A stretch of DNA of 64,000 nucleotides, taken from positions 36,952,001-37,016,000 of the forward strand of contig NC_092357.1 in the NCBI RefSeq assembly GCF_963676685.1, in the 5' to 3' direction. The position numbers and the translations under genes were made by a program. How positions within the stretch are numbered: position 1 is the first letter of the stretch; each line of letters opens with the position of its first letter. Below are positions 12,055 to 25,685 of the stretch, one piece after another. The notes below the pieces were generated by a model that had not been told where the DNA came from, searched no databases, and saw only the letters and a list, made by a program, of their open reading frames with translations. The stretch comes from Mytilus edulis. Its lineage: Eukaryota.

Positions 12055-13134
12055 CTGTGGTATTTCAAATGTCAGCATGATAAAAAAAAACTTCACATTG
12101 GTTGTCATGTCATGTTTACGGATTCAAATATAATTGAATGAATGCTCAATGAAAACAGAACGTATCACTGAAGTGTTGACCATTTTTTTTACAAAAGTGA
12201 ACCACCACAATTGTTGATAGCTATATAGATAATCATCATTCCGAATACCATTCTTGTAAATGATAAAACAAACCTCAATAGTATTTGTATCTTAGAAAAA
12301 TTTCTCTGTCCATAAATTCAAGTTTTCTCTCTTTCTATTTCATGATTTTATGCACACCCAAATTGAAAACACAGGTAATCAGTTATAAAATATCCATAAT
12401 GAGACAACGTCATGGAAAACGTGTATGTGTTTCGATAGATATACATACTATAGCTTCATTCATTTGTTAAAATTGTCTTAACCTGTAATCAATTTTAAAT
12501 AAAAACAAAACAATCTAACAATTTTACACAATGTTTGCAATTGTCTGAGCTGTAAACTTCTCAATAGTCCTGAATCATAATCATAAGGGTGTAAAATTTG
12601 AGTCAAACAGTAGTTTACGCGTCTTCAAACCTTACCAATATATTTTAGAAATGCAATTCAAGTTAAATGAAAGATTCCGCGAAAAGGAGCGAGACCAGGC
12701 TTGTCAATTCAACAGTATAAACATTTTGTTTTATGCATGAAAGATGTGTCTTGCGAAACCAAAGTATTCTATTTTGCTCAATTTTCAACACTTTTATTAT
12801 TTTTTTTCATTTTTGAACCAAGTTAAAGTTTTAAACATTGCATTAAAGTCTCAGTTAAATTTACTCTTAGGTCTCATGATTTTTAGAAACCTCATTTTTT
12901 TCAATTATTTTCGTATGAAAACTACCTTACTGTGGGATTTGTTCGACATTCACAATAGGAATCGGCATTTCAGTTTTCGTTGCTTAGCCAATAAACATAT
13001 ATTTTAGCTTTTTAGTAAACACTATTTTCTGTATTCATATTTTTGCATAGGTTCAACTTGTGGATGGTAGATTGGGAGAACTGTATATTAAAAGGCACCG
13101 TCTTTGACCTCAGTAAGACACGCACTTTTCAGAT

Positions 13135-14861
13135 ATGACAACCGATGAAATTGCATCATTCTGCAACATTTGCCTAACAAGGGACCAAAATAAGTTGGCT
13201 GAAGAATACTGTCCGCAATGTGAAGAGGCTCTTTGTGGAGACTGTCGACATCACCATAAGATATCGAAATCGACAAAATCACATCAGACAATATCTTTAG
13301 AAAAATATAACAAATTACCATCTTTCATCAAGCAAATAAAGCATAACTGTCAGGAGCATGACTGCTTTCTTGAATGTTATTGTAAATGTCATGACTCTCT
13401 GTGCTGCAAACGATGTTTGATATCGAGTCACAAGGAATGCAAGGAAACTATTTTCATTGAGGATTTTCTAACACCTTCTTCAAGATATCACTCCGTAGCT
13501 TTACATAACATTGAAAAAGCCCTCAAAGATCTAGAAATTAATATTTGTTCCGCTTTAAAGGACAGAAATCGAAATTTAATCGAGTTACGTGAACAGAAGC
13601 AGAAGATTTCAGAGCAAATTAAGGAAAAACGTCAAGAAATCAATACACGCTTAGACAATCTAGAAGATGCATTACTAGAAAAGGCATCTGCAATGGAGAA
13701 TGAATACTGTCTGAAAATAAATAAAGTGATTGCAAAATTAGAGGATGAAAAAAAAAAGTAGACGAAATTAAAGACGATATTGATTCTGTCAAAATGTTTG
13801 CATCCAATTTACAAATTTTCATGGGAACAAAGGCATTCCAGGAAAATGTTTCAACCAACGAAATGAACGTCCAAGTTTTATACGATAATGGGAATCTTAA
13901 CAACATCACCATGGAATGTACGTTCAATGAAAAATTGGAAGAGTTAAGAGATGAAATAATGTCATTTGGTGATATAAAGGTAGACAATTCTGATAAACAT
14001 ACTTCTTTTTCCTGGAACGGTGATAAATCAGCACAGATTTATAAATCTATATTAGGAGCAAAAACAACTGAAAACATAAATGTCCGACTGGTACTAGTAT
14101 GTAAGATTAACATAGATGTCAATGGCCTTTCTGGATGTGCCATATCAGAAGCTGGAAACATGATTTTTCTACACGAACACAGCAATAGTCTGATAAAATA
14201 TGCGCCTAATGGTGAATTTATTTCAAAATCGGTTATCAACCCACAGGCAAAAGGCATTGGGTATGACCTTGCATTGATTGAATCTAATACTGTAGCTGTA
14301 TCAAGTGGTGGAAACTACCCTCAACATATTTACTTGATTGATATGAATAGTACAAAAACGAGTCAAATTTTTCAACTTGGGGACTGGTGTTACGGTTTAA
14401 GCTACAACAACAATTCATTTATTTGTTGCACGAATAAGAATGGCATTAAAATATTTGACAGATCACATGACAATTTGACTAATGCCCGGATATTGCCAAA
14501 TGCACCTGGAATGGTGGATAATACCTACGTTACCTCAAATAAAAATCGCATTTTTCATTCAAACTGGCGTGACCATTCAGTTGTTTGTTACGATTTTAGC
14601 GGGCAGGTACAATGGAAATACTGCGATTCGATACTAAGACAACCGTTTGGCATCACATTAGATTCTTATTCTAACATTTATGTTGCTGGTTCTGAGTCAA
14701 ACAATGTCGTAGTGATATCCAAAGATGGAAAGCAGGCCAAAGAACTTATTGGAGCTAATGACGAAATTTCAAATCCACGCGCCATGTATTTTGATAAAAA
14801 CAAAAACCTACTTCTTGTCACAAACTATAAGGGATATGCATTCCTATTTAACGTTACATAA
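13135..14861 (+). pseudogene. TRIM-like B-box/coiled-coil/NHL-propeller gene, copy 1; single -1 frameshift (may be an intact gene with a sequencing error)
   Basis: ORFs 13135-13761 and 13794-14861 are collinear with intact copy 4. The break is at an A10 run (13748-13757) where A11 would restore frame. Confidence 0.85.
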
Positions 14862-15007
14862 AATATATTGATACTGTTACAATCAATCTTCTTCTACTGG
14901 AACCTTTATTATGAGATAAAATATTGTAATGGCACAAATGCCATGCCAAGTTTATTATAGTATTGTTCCAGTTTATACATACATCAATTCAGGAATATGC
15001 ATTAAAT

Positions 15008-15461
15008 CATTGATTTCCTTGATAGTGGATTGCTGCTCACAAGGAAGCTATAAAACCAAGAGTTCCAAATGGTGAAAACTTCAAGTTGAAGTCATCCCTT
15101 TGTAAATTTTACAGACGCCATCACGAGTTGGTAATTGAATAACTGTTTCACAGATAATATCGGATATCCCTTCCCTTTTCACGAATGTGACCAACCAAAT
15201 TAGACAATTTACCGAATTTGTAAAAACATATGCAACACGACGGGTGCCACATGTGGAGCAGGATCTCATTACCCTTCAAGAGCATCTGAGATTGCCCCCG
15301 GTTTTTGGTGGGGTTCGTGGTGCTTAGTCATTAGTTATCTATCTTGTGTCTTCTGTACATTTATTTGTCTGTTTGTCTTTTTAATTTTTAGCCATGGCGT
15401 TGTCAGTTCATTTTCAATCTACGAGTTTGACTGTCCATCTTGTATCTTTCGCCCCTCTTTT
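15008..15461 (+). mobile_element. 3' fragment of a retroelement (Penelope-like RT C-terminus plus 3'UTR)
   Basis: Degenerate DFLDSGLLLTRKL...KSSL(R)KFY(G)RHHELV reading. Paralogous copy at 43386-43849. The family assignment is from recall. Confidence 0.6.
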
Positions 15462-15569
15462 AGTTTATAATTAATTGGTGAACGGTTAAACGTCAATTGC
15501 AAATATTGAGAAAGTAGTCGGATAGACGTATTGAAATAATGTATTGTGCATAAATCTTTTCAAAAAGAC

Positions 15570-16503
15570 TAGTGTTGTAAACGGTTAACCGGTAAACCGG
15601 TTAACCGTCGGAAGGACCGAATATAGAATGCAAAAAAAAACTAACTGGTTAACCGGACTTCTTTTTAATTTTAAAAATTTTGATATAAATGTATATTGAA
15701 ATCTCTAAATAACTTCGTTTTATTCAAAAATATCGTCGTGGCAATTAATTTGGCAGATCAATTGTTCAGTTTATTGATTGCTTTTGTTAATCAAAGAAAA
15801 TTGAAATTAATTAGATTTCAGACTAGAGACGCCAAAATGCGTCCTTTTGCGCCACAACATTTTTACTCCAATCCTACGTTTGCGCCACCGGTTTTAACAT
15901 GGTATCATTTGCGCAAAAAAAAACCATACGGTTGCGCCAATTGGAAGAAAAATTACTTCCCTCCTCCTTTATTCGGATTTGGAACCGGCAGTTTACACGT
16001 GAATCTGAATGTGCAACCTCCTTCGTGTACGGTTTTGTCATATACTTTAAACGAAATGGGAACTAAGAATATGATATGAAAATAAACGTGAATGTAACAA
16101 ATGTATACTTGACGGTACGAGTAACATGCTTCATCCTTTCAAATTGAAACACTCCACATTATTGTTTTGAGACATCAAGAGAAAATGAAAGAATCGTCGG
16201 TTTCAGACACTTTTAATTCGACGAGATCAAGAAGGTTTTTCCTTTTTCAATTTGAATTTATTACAAGCACCATGGTAGATACGGTGTATAGGATTATTAA
16301 AGTCAAACTTCGCCAGAAATACCCAAAGGCAAGCCTTATAATGCCAAAAGACAAACTTCAATTCATCGTATTATAATAACGTACATTTTAAGTTATCTAA
16401 ATAAGGCATTCAAACATCAACTTAAACTACTGGTTAACCGGTTAATCGGTCGAACGACTATTCGAGTAACCGGTTAGTCAAAACTGTACGATTTGACAAC
16501 ATA
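15570..16503. mobile_element. hAT-like MITE with GGTTAACC subterminal palindromic repeats
   Basis: Ends tagtgttgtaaa and ttgacaacata, with clustered ggttaacc motifs at both ends. Duplicate at 43958-45348. Confidence 0.6.
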
Positions 16504-17488
16504 TCACAATCTTTTTTTTTCCGATCTTTTTCTTCCTGCAGTTCAAAGCTGTTGACTTGTGATTTTGCGATAATTGAGACATACAGGAAGTTATCTAAGG
16601 GACTGTTTATTTCCAGATTTGAATAAAGAGTTATTTTTTGTTATGTCGAATATTTTAGAAATGGCATATCATTGTTGTTCTTGTCCTCATTTACACACAT
16701 GGCTAATTGTAAGATACTTTATTTTTGAGAATTAAGTATATCTGACTTGTCCTTTTAAATCCATTTACTCCATTGATTGTACATGTTGAATGTTGAATGT
16801 TATAAAAGAGTTGAAGTAATCATGTTCTAATCGATGGTTTCACTCAATGGTTTATCAAAAATGAGGTGAAAAATATTATAGTAATTTGAATTCTGATACG
16901 CTTCCGTTCTTTAACTAATGCATTACGTGCAAAGTTTTTTGTGTTCATTTGAACGCAAAACAGAAGGCAAACACATTTACAATTCACTATATGTGAACAA
17001 CTTGTTGACGAGTCATTAAGGTTTGCATATCTGCATAATTACTCAAAGGGAATGTGTAATCCTGTATAATCCTGTAAAAGTGTCTGTCGCTAAAATAAAA
17101 TCCATGTTATCGCTATTCAAATTAACTATTTACTCAATATTTTGAGATATGATTGTTCAATACCCACTTTATAATTGTATAGTTTTAATACATATTTACA
17201 AAATGACTTGCAGAATTATATTGTTATGTAAAAAGCCATTTACGGAGGCTGTTTATCTGTTATTAATAAAACAAGTAATAGTATTTTTTCATTTTTTTAT
17301 AGGCAGATCTCAAGACATTTGATTTTCTATAAAAGTCTAACATTGTCTAATGCGCCCTGTTTTTCTTATAATGAGAATTTAAGACATTTGAAAATAGTAA
17401 GTACAATGATTCGACGTGGTCCTTGTCACAAGTTGTTGTGTGGAGTACCAGAACAAAGGTTAATTTAAAAAAAGTCTAACTCATGCAT

Positions 17489-17545
17489 AGCTTTCCGTTT
17501 CACATTTTACTCTGTGTATAAAGCTGGCTTCGAGGTTGAATCAGT
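17489..17545 (+). promoter_or_regulatory. Candidate core promoter: IRF-binding element (ISRE-like), TATA and initiator
   Basis: AGCTTTCCGTTTCAC (reverse strand GAAACGGAAAG = GAAANNGAAA) at 17489-17503, TATAAAG at 17517 and TCAGT at 17541. Conserved at 46311-46367. Confidence 0.45.
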
Positions 17546-18505
17546 AGTACGCCTGTCTATAAACGCTAACTGTCGACAGTCACGTAACAGTTCTATATTC
17601 AAGTTTGCTTTTTATGTTTATTGGATTTCTTTCCTAATATTCAGTCAAAAGAGTTCATGAATACTTTAGAAAAATGTATACCTTTTTTAATCAAACGATC
17701 AATTTTTGAAAACAGAACTTTAATAAAAATTACAAGGTTTAAAAACATTGAAAAGGACACATTTTTTAAAATGTTTATTGACGTGTTTTAAGTATGTCAA
17801 ATTCTAAATATTTCTATTTTAATTGCTTGCCACAAAGTGAGCAAATATCTTAAAGTAACCTGAATTCTCCAAATAACAAAAAAACAGTATTTTACTGGTA
17901 TGACATAAGACTATAAACATGATAAATGACTAGGTTCAATATTAAGGTCAGGTTATGCAAACATGTGATACTTTTAACAAATATTTGATATGTCAGTTAC
18001 TATCAGTAGATTAACACAGTTAATGGACAACAACAGTATTGATATAATTATCAATATTTCTATACGTTCAATGATGCAAATTTATAGCACGACTCCTTAC
18101 AAACAAAATCTAAGCAATAAAGGCTATCGGGTGTCTCTCTGTGACACCAAATCAGAATTTCCACAGCATAAAATTACTTGCAACAATCAAACGATGAGCA
18201 CTGAATTTTTGGTCTTCTTTTCAAAGTCACATGTCCATTCTTTAGTTAATGTTTGTGATGTGGATTTGAAATACGACCGTGTTAATGAAGAACTCCAATC
18301 AGGCTGTATCGGTTAATTCTATGTTTCAAAATTTTTAAATATTTTCTTGATTTTTGTTTTTTTTATGTCGTTTCCACAAAATGTACTACAATAAACTAAG
18401 ACAGGGTAAATAATTGAGATGTTACCATCATGTAGTATTGCAGTGAATCATATTATATTTGGAAGATCCATGTAATAGAAAGCAGTTAAATATCTTAAAT
18501 AATTT

Positions 18506-18797
18506 TGCTATCTTTATTTGTCTTACTTAAAGGCAAGATCAACAAGCATCATGTGAGCATAAACAGTAAAGTTTAAAGGTATGAAGATGATAAAGATGCT
18601 ATCTTTATTTGTCTTACTTACAGGCAAGATCAACAAGCATCATGTGAGCATAAACAGTAAAGTTTAAAGGTATGAAGATGATAAAGATGCTATCTTTATT
18701 TGTCTTACTTAAAGGCAAGATCAACAAGCATCATGTGAGCATAAACAGTAAAGTTTAAAGGTATGAAGATGATAAAGATGCGATCTGTATTTGTCCT
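18506..18797. repeat. 91-bp tandem repeat, about 3.2 copies
   Basis: atctttattt recurs at 18510, 18601 and 18692. The paralogous site 47650-47757 has only about 1.2 copies. Confidence 0.95.
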
Positions 18798-21339
18798 AAT
18801 GATCTTTTCCACACTATGAACGAGTGAACTTTTATGTTAAATCAATAAACAGAAGTGTGCATTGGTAGTAAAGTTTAAATGTATGAAGATTATAAAGATG
18901 CACAACAACTAAAACTCATACAATGATACATTCAGGAAAGAACTTAAAAAACAATAGTTCTTAATTTCATAATAAATTATATCTGTTTTTCAAATGTTTG
19001 AATAAAATCAGATTTTCAAAACCTTCCTGTCAACAAAGACAAAACTACGCGCAAAATCACACTCACAAAAAAAAGAGTACAAAAAGTTTGACGGTGTTGT
19101 TAATTAGACATCAAAATCACTGGTGTTTCATCATGCAATTTTTATTTCAGCATCTACAGTAAAGAATCTTAGAATTATTTTAACATGTTTAAATTGAACC
19201 ACAAGGTTACTCAGGAGATTCACCCTAAGTGTCTGAATCTTTGTCAGAATATCAACGCGTACATTTTTACTTCATGCAAACTATGCACGCATGTTTTGTA
19301 GAAATATATACCGTATATTATTGAAATACAGGTGTTAATTATTCGTCTTTTGATTAAATAATACACGCGTATAAACTAAGATGATACGCGTATCTTTTCA
19401 CTTGTTGATATGGTTTGCTCTTCACGATACGAGCTGTGACCTTTACCTAGCACATTCGTTCATACTATTATTGTTAAGGAAAGTTGGGCCGACAACTAAC
19501 TATTGTTGATGTATTACATTGAATGATTGAAAATAAGATAAAATATTGAAGAATCTTTACCAAACAAAAAGGGGGTCCATTTTGCCGCTGTATCCTATAC
19601 GTAAGTTTGACTTTAGTTCATATTCATAAAGGGCTATAAGGGGCAAAATTGCCCTCAATTTCGAGAATTTTTCAAATTCTACTTATTCGTATGTGTATGG
19701 CTTTCTTTTTCCATTAGACATATTCATTTTATGACAAAAATGTTTTTTTGTAGTTATGACGTCATAATGCCGTATTTTGACAACACTTCACGTGCATATT
19801 TGTTGGCTTTTCACAATTTTTTACTCATTTTCATTCAACTTTTTTTACGAAAAAACTACCAGCGCATTCTTGCCCCCACGAAATATTTTGTCAGAGCAAT
19901 AATACCAACAAAATCATCTCATGTTGAAATATTTCAGTAGGGTAAAGCTGCGCTCTAACTGAATTTTAATTAAAAACTTGCTCAAAAACCGGCAGCAAAG
20001 TTCCAAAATTGTTCGTCCATTTTTCATATGTACCGTTATTGGACTAAGGTTGACCAGGAACAGTTGCATGAGTTGTATTTTTTTAACATATTATTTGTCA
20101 ATGGTTGATAACAATAAAGTTTCATTATAGAAATTAAATTATAAAGTGTTATTCTTCATATTAAAGTATAACATAGCCTCTCAAGTACAGCCTATCCCTT
20201 GTCGTCTATATTTATTGTAAGTGATTACGGAACTGACACAGAGAATTTTACTGGTTTCTGTTGTTCAGAAGCTTTTTACAGCGGAATAGAAATCAGTGTA
20301 TCATTCATTAAATACTTGATATTAACAGACAGAATTAAAAAAAAATTCAATATACAACTTTTAAAGACGTAAAAAATTCCACAGCACAGCTGGGGAGTGT
20401 TTTTGGTGGAAGAAGACTTCAAGTCTTCTGAAGGCCAATGGTGCCGACTTAAAATCATTGAATCTCTGTATGCCGCATTCGTTTCTGTGTATTGTAATTT
20501 CATAACAACTTCTGATTCCTGGCACCGATTTTTACACATGATTAAGCATCTTTTTTTGTTCTTTGGTTGTGAGCCAGAAGAGATCCATTTCTGTTGTTTT
20601 TGTTGGTTTTTTTTGCATTGGGAAGATCTTCTGGCTCTCTTCTACCTCTTCCCTTTAAATAGGTGGTTTAGAAGGCAGAGGCACAAAACAAAAATGGCGT
20701 TGTTTAGTTAAAATGACAATAATAAATAGAGTGCCTCCCCGTGCTTAAGGTTTATGCTCTTATATTATACTAGATTATGAGGTCTGCTCTATGGTCGGGT
20801 TGTTGTCGCTTTGACACATTCCCCATCTCCTTTCTCAATGTTATTATGAATGTAGATATATTAGAATGTGAGCTGTGTTATACATGTTTTTATGGTACGA
20901 CAGCCTTAGTAGGACATCTCTGTAGGATGATAAGCTAGATGAATATAAGAACTACACTGACAATAACAGTTAAGGGCCAACTATTTGATATTCTAGGGAA
21001 GGAATTTTGATTTATTGGTGTTAAACTCTACTTTCAACACTCATGATTTGGCTAGTGGTCAGTTTAAATCATTAGATAAGGAATAAAGAAGGAAAAAGGG
21101 TATTATTGATCATTTTAATATGTCACTAAACATGCCTATTTTTCAACTCTTGGCAGGCAACCATATTCATATACGAAATACTCCTGTCCCACCCCAACAG
21201 GAGTTATAAAATATCAGATGGTTTTCTCTTATTTAACACAACTTTAAATTGATGCTTATTTTTAACGCACAGTGACACATATTTCTTGCATATTCAGGAA
21301 ACACGAGATTAAACGTCAGATATATATAATATAAAAACG

Positions 21340-22080
21340 AAGAGATGTGTTATAATTGATTATATGGCAACTATTCACCGGAGTTCAAATATGAAGTGGA
21401 TGTAAGCAATTACAGGCAACCGTAAGGCCTTCAATAATGACAAAATCCGATACTGTTAAGCCATTTATTAAAGTCCATGAAAAGTGTGAAACAATTTAAA
21501 CGAATAAACTAACAATTTAATTATACATAGCAAATCAATTAAAAAAATATCAAAAATGAGTTGAGACAGGAACCAACGACCACTAAACTGCAGGCTCCTG
21601 ACATGGGACAGGTTCATAAAGAATATGGCAGGGGTTGATATTAAAACAAAGATGGGGTATGATTGCCAATGAGACAATTTCTCACAAGAGACTTAATGAC
21701 GCAGAAATTAACAGCCATATATCACCATATGCTCTTCAACAATAAGCATAATAAAATTGAGAAAGGACATGGGGAATGTGTCAAAGAGGCAACATTTCAC
21801 ATACTCAGCTATAAAAAGCCCCGAAATCACTAGAAGAAAACTAACAGCCTAATTAATGTACAAAATAATGAACGAAAAACAAGTATGTAAGACAGCAACA
21901 AACAATAACCACTGACTTACAGGTTCCTGACTTGGGACAAGCATATAGTTTTTTACATACATAATTTGGCGGGGATAAACATGTAAGCTGCGGATCTCAA
22001 CCACCCCCTAACCTAGTACAGTGGTTTAACAGTTTGTGAGCGCTCAACAATATAAAAACAACCTGCACAAATCAGTTGCA
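21340..22080. repeat. Two adjacent degenerate copies of the abundant SINE-like repeat
   Basis: The motifs ggccttcaat, accactgacttacaggttcctgacttgggaca and ggcggggataaacatg are shared with 50095-50476. Confidence 0.65.
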
Positions 22081-23199
22081 TTTAGATTAACGGTACGAGA
22101 CAAACACAAAATAAAAACCAGCAAACTAGAATTAAGACAATAGAGTATTTAACTAAGAGTATTTGCAATTACTGGTAATGTGTTCTAAACTAGTTGCAAC
22201 TTGTACTGAGATAAATCTTGTTCTCCCAGATTGAAGTATCATTCAGTACACAACCAACTGGTCCAAGGACACAGTTATCTTCCTTTGGTTTTCGTTGTCT
22301 ATAGTCCCTAGTGTAAACAGTGTATAACTTGCATGTTTTATTTGATACACTTTCCCAATTTATTTCTTGGTATTAAATGCATGAAATATTAAGTAGGGGA
22401 TGTAATTACATCTTAAAAAAATAATTGGGTGCTGAATCTTTATGTTAAGTAGTGATTTGGTCCAGTTCAAAAAGGTCAAATTCTATCACGTCTGAAGCTG
22501 TCAAACTGAATTTTACATTCCCTTAACACAGAATTGTCAATATTTTGAGTTAGAGCTGGTAGAAGATTTCTATAATTTTGATATTTTTTGTCTCACTGGT
22601 AGTACACTACACTGTAAAAATCTTTTTGAAAAAGAGCAGGTGCGATTGTTTAAATTTGAATTTATTGTCTAAAAAAAAATGCACTACAAAATAACTGTGT
22701 TCTCGGGCCAACTGATTTATTTATTAAGAAACGTCTGGTATACCTTGTATACTTACATATATTTCCATATACAGTGAAGGTTGTAGAAAAATGGTAGTCC
22801 GAAGGTTTTGACCACCAAAATTGTGCATTAGAAATAATAGTTAGGACCAGAAGATGTTCTTTAAAGAGCACCATAGAAAAAACGATATTTAGAACTTCAA
22901 GATATCTTAGCTTTATACAAAAAAATCCTGTTTTTATATTTGTTGTTTTAAATAACATAATCATGATATTGTAAAGACACCTTAACAACAAAAAATAGAA
23001 AAATGTGCTAACAATATTTCAGTTTTATTAAGGTTGAGCCGGTAATTGTTGAAATGTATAGTTTATGAAATTGCGATCTTTATTCATATATTATATGTAT
23101 ACTAGTGCGTAATATGTCCAGCCTTCTTGTGTTTTTATCAGCCGAGTACATTAAAATACACACAAACTCATGTTGGTTATTCAAGTTAAAAGAAGAATA

Positions 23200-23392
23200 A
23201 ATAAGGCCGTTAGTTTTCTCGTTTGAATTGTTTTACATTGTCATATCGGGGCCTTTTATAGCTGACTATGCGGTATGGACTTTGCTCATTGTTGAAGGCC
23301 ATTTGGTGACCTATAGTTGTAAATGTCTGTGTTATTTTGGTCTCTTGTGGACAGTTGTCTCAATGGCAATCATACCACATCTTCTTTTTTAT
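23200..23392. repeat. SINE-like repeat fragment in the opposite orientation
   Basis: ggccgttagttttctcgtttgaattg...gctgactatgcggtatgg...ggcaatcataccacatctt; reverse complement of the 50095 family. Confidence 0.75.
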
Positions 23393-23935
23393 ACAAACAA
23401 TAACTGTAGATTTTCTCTGGTGAAAAATTTCTATAATTTGGTCATACATGTACAAAGAACGAATGTTTACTTGTTGTTACCATAGCAACTATTTTACTGA
23501 TATTACATGGTTAAACTTTATATCAATTTTCTTCTTCATTGTATTAATACAATGGTTCACTGGTAATAATGTATTCACGTTGATTATTTAAGGTGTAATC
23601 TATTGTAAAATGTACTGAGTTTTGTAAAGTTCACGTGAAGGTTACATGAATGTTTCACATGTATGCTCTTTTGATGTGAATTTTACGTTAAATATTTGAA
23701 CTGAATTTTACCTGAGAGGCAAGTGACTGGATAAAAGTTTGCCCTGTAGGACCCATAATAGTGTCTTTTAAAGGAACCTATAATGGATTGCTGGAAAACT
23801 AATCACATAACGATGTGCATGTATTGTGTTTTCTTGAAGGACAATCTTTTCAACCTGCCATTTAACTAATATTAAAATTAATATTAAAAATACTATGTAC
23901 TGAATCAGACTTATCAAATAAAGTCCAGACCAAAG

Positions 23936-24142
23936 NNNNNNNNNNNNNNNNNNNNNNNNNNNNNNNNNNNNNNNNNNNNNNNNNNNNNNNNNNNNNNNNN
24001 NNNNNNNNNNNNNNNNNNNNNNNNNNNNNNNNNNNNNNNNNNNNNNNNNNNNNNNNNNNNNNNNNNNNNNNNNNNNNNNNNNNNNNNNNNNNNNNNNNNN
24101 NNNNNNNNNNNNNNNNNNNNNNNNNNNNNNNNNNNNNNNNNN
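23936..24142. other. Assembly gap (207 N)
   Basis: Run of N. Confidence 1.
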
Positions 24143-24299
24143 ATCCACAGTCCACATACATGCAGGTTAAAAATCAATTTCATTTAATGGAATAAAATCT
24201 TTATCTACTAATGGCTGAAATAGGAGGTTCATCAGAGTTTTGAGCGAGGATTTCTTCATATGTAGCAGATAATAAAGTCAGGGTTAGAATTCATAGAAT

Positions 24300-25370
24300 A
24301 GACAAGGTACAGTGACAAATATTTTATGTATATTTTGAACATGGAGAGGGTGCCCCCTGGCGTATCATTGTCAATTTGCGTAGTTTCATTTGTTACCTTA
24401 TCTGACATCGGACTCGGACTTCTTTTAAGCAGAGTTTTACTATGCGTATTGTTATGTGTTTCTTTATTATACATTTTTGCGCCTGTCTTAAGTCAAGAGC
24501 CTCTGGCCTTTGTTAGTCTTGTATGCTTTGTATGTTTTGGGGGGGGGGGGGGGGTATTGTTTTACCCCTGTCCGTTCATCCTTCCGTCTGTCCTTCTTTC
24601 CGTCCCATTATGGGCATATAGTTATTCCACATATATCCTCATACAGTTTGAACCTTAGGAAGTTTTTACTTGACTGTCTGTTTGTACACATGTCGAAGGT
24701 GTGCATGTGGTCAGGGTTTTCATTTCTATTAATATTTGCTCTTTTGGGAGATAGTTGAACTTTGTCATTATTGGAGTATATGCTTGAATAAGAGGTGCAT
24801 ATCATTTCCGGGTAACACCTCCCACAGTTTGAGTCCTATGAAGTCTTCATTTTTCTGACTATTTGTACATGTACTGAAAGAGCATACTATGAAGATGTGC
24901 ATATCGACATGAAATTATTTATGTTCTAGGAGTTAATTTATTTGTCTCAATATACTAATGCAAAATATTTTCTCATCAAAACTCAAAGACAGGAAATTTT
25001 GATTTTTGTTTTTATCTTATACAATTTTTACGGTTCTTTAATTTAAAATAATACTTTACATCTGCAGGGGCACAATAATATTTAAAAAAAGTCTAATATT
25101 TACTTTTTTATAATACAGTTACTTCAGAGTGGAGTGGGGGGCATCACTTTGTCTAGAATAATTTTATATGTTTTGGAGTTTAGTTTGACGTCCATTTTCA
25201 CTGGACTAGTACACAATTTTATTTAGGGGTCAGCTGAATCCCGACTCCGGGTGCTGGATTTTCTCACTGCGTTGAAGATCCGGCATTGGTGGCCTTAGTC
25301 TGTTCTATGTTCTTTGGTCGGGTTGTTGTCTCTTTGACATTTTGCTCATTTACATTCTCCATTTTATCCA
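24300..25370 (+). mobile_element. Old retroelement 3' fragment split by a nested ~630-bp insertion (~24535-25160)
   Basis: 24360-24530 and 25172-25345 are reverse-complement homologues of adjacent parts of 25690-26090. The insert starts with a poly-G and cgtcc-type microsatellite and ends near gggggcatca (Helitron/HINE-like, from recall). Confidence 0.55.
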
Positions 25371-25685
25371 TTAGCCTGAGACAAACAAACGATGAAGTAA
25401 CATTATGTGATCTCGTGTGTTTGATATTAATTATTTGTTGTTTTTTCGTATTTTTCTGCTGAAATTTGAACATGCTGAATAAATAGATAGGTGAGGTGTT
25501 TATAACTTCTGAAAGGTTTAAAAGAATATATTGTTATTTTAGAGGAGATATGAATTTGCTGAACGTCTACTTGCTAACACTTCATGCATACATATATAAC
25601 GGACAGTAATTAAAAGAATGTATTTCAAACAAAATGCTGCAATTTTTGCCGAAAAAAATAGAACCATAAACATAATCCATGAACA

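Larger units (their letters stand above)
13010..19628 (+). repeat. Segmental duplication with ~41410-49150
   Basis: Collinear CDS, downstream retro-fragment, MITE and intergenic DNA. The blocks differ mainly by later insertions. Confidence 0.9.

Noticed and set aside
19629-20750. Possible DNA-transposon fragment with a basic minus-strand peptide (KGRGRKRARRSS)
   Set aside because: No matching TIR pair or catalytic motif could be identified by eye.
23768-24183. ORFs spanning the N run
   Set aside because: Artefacts of the assembly gap.
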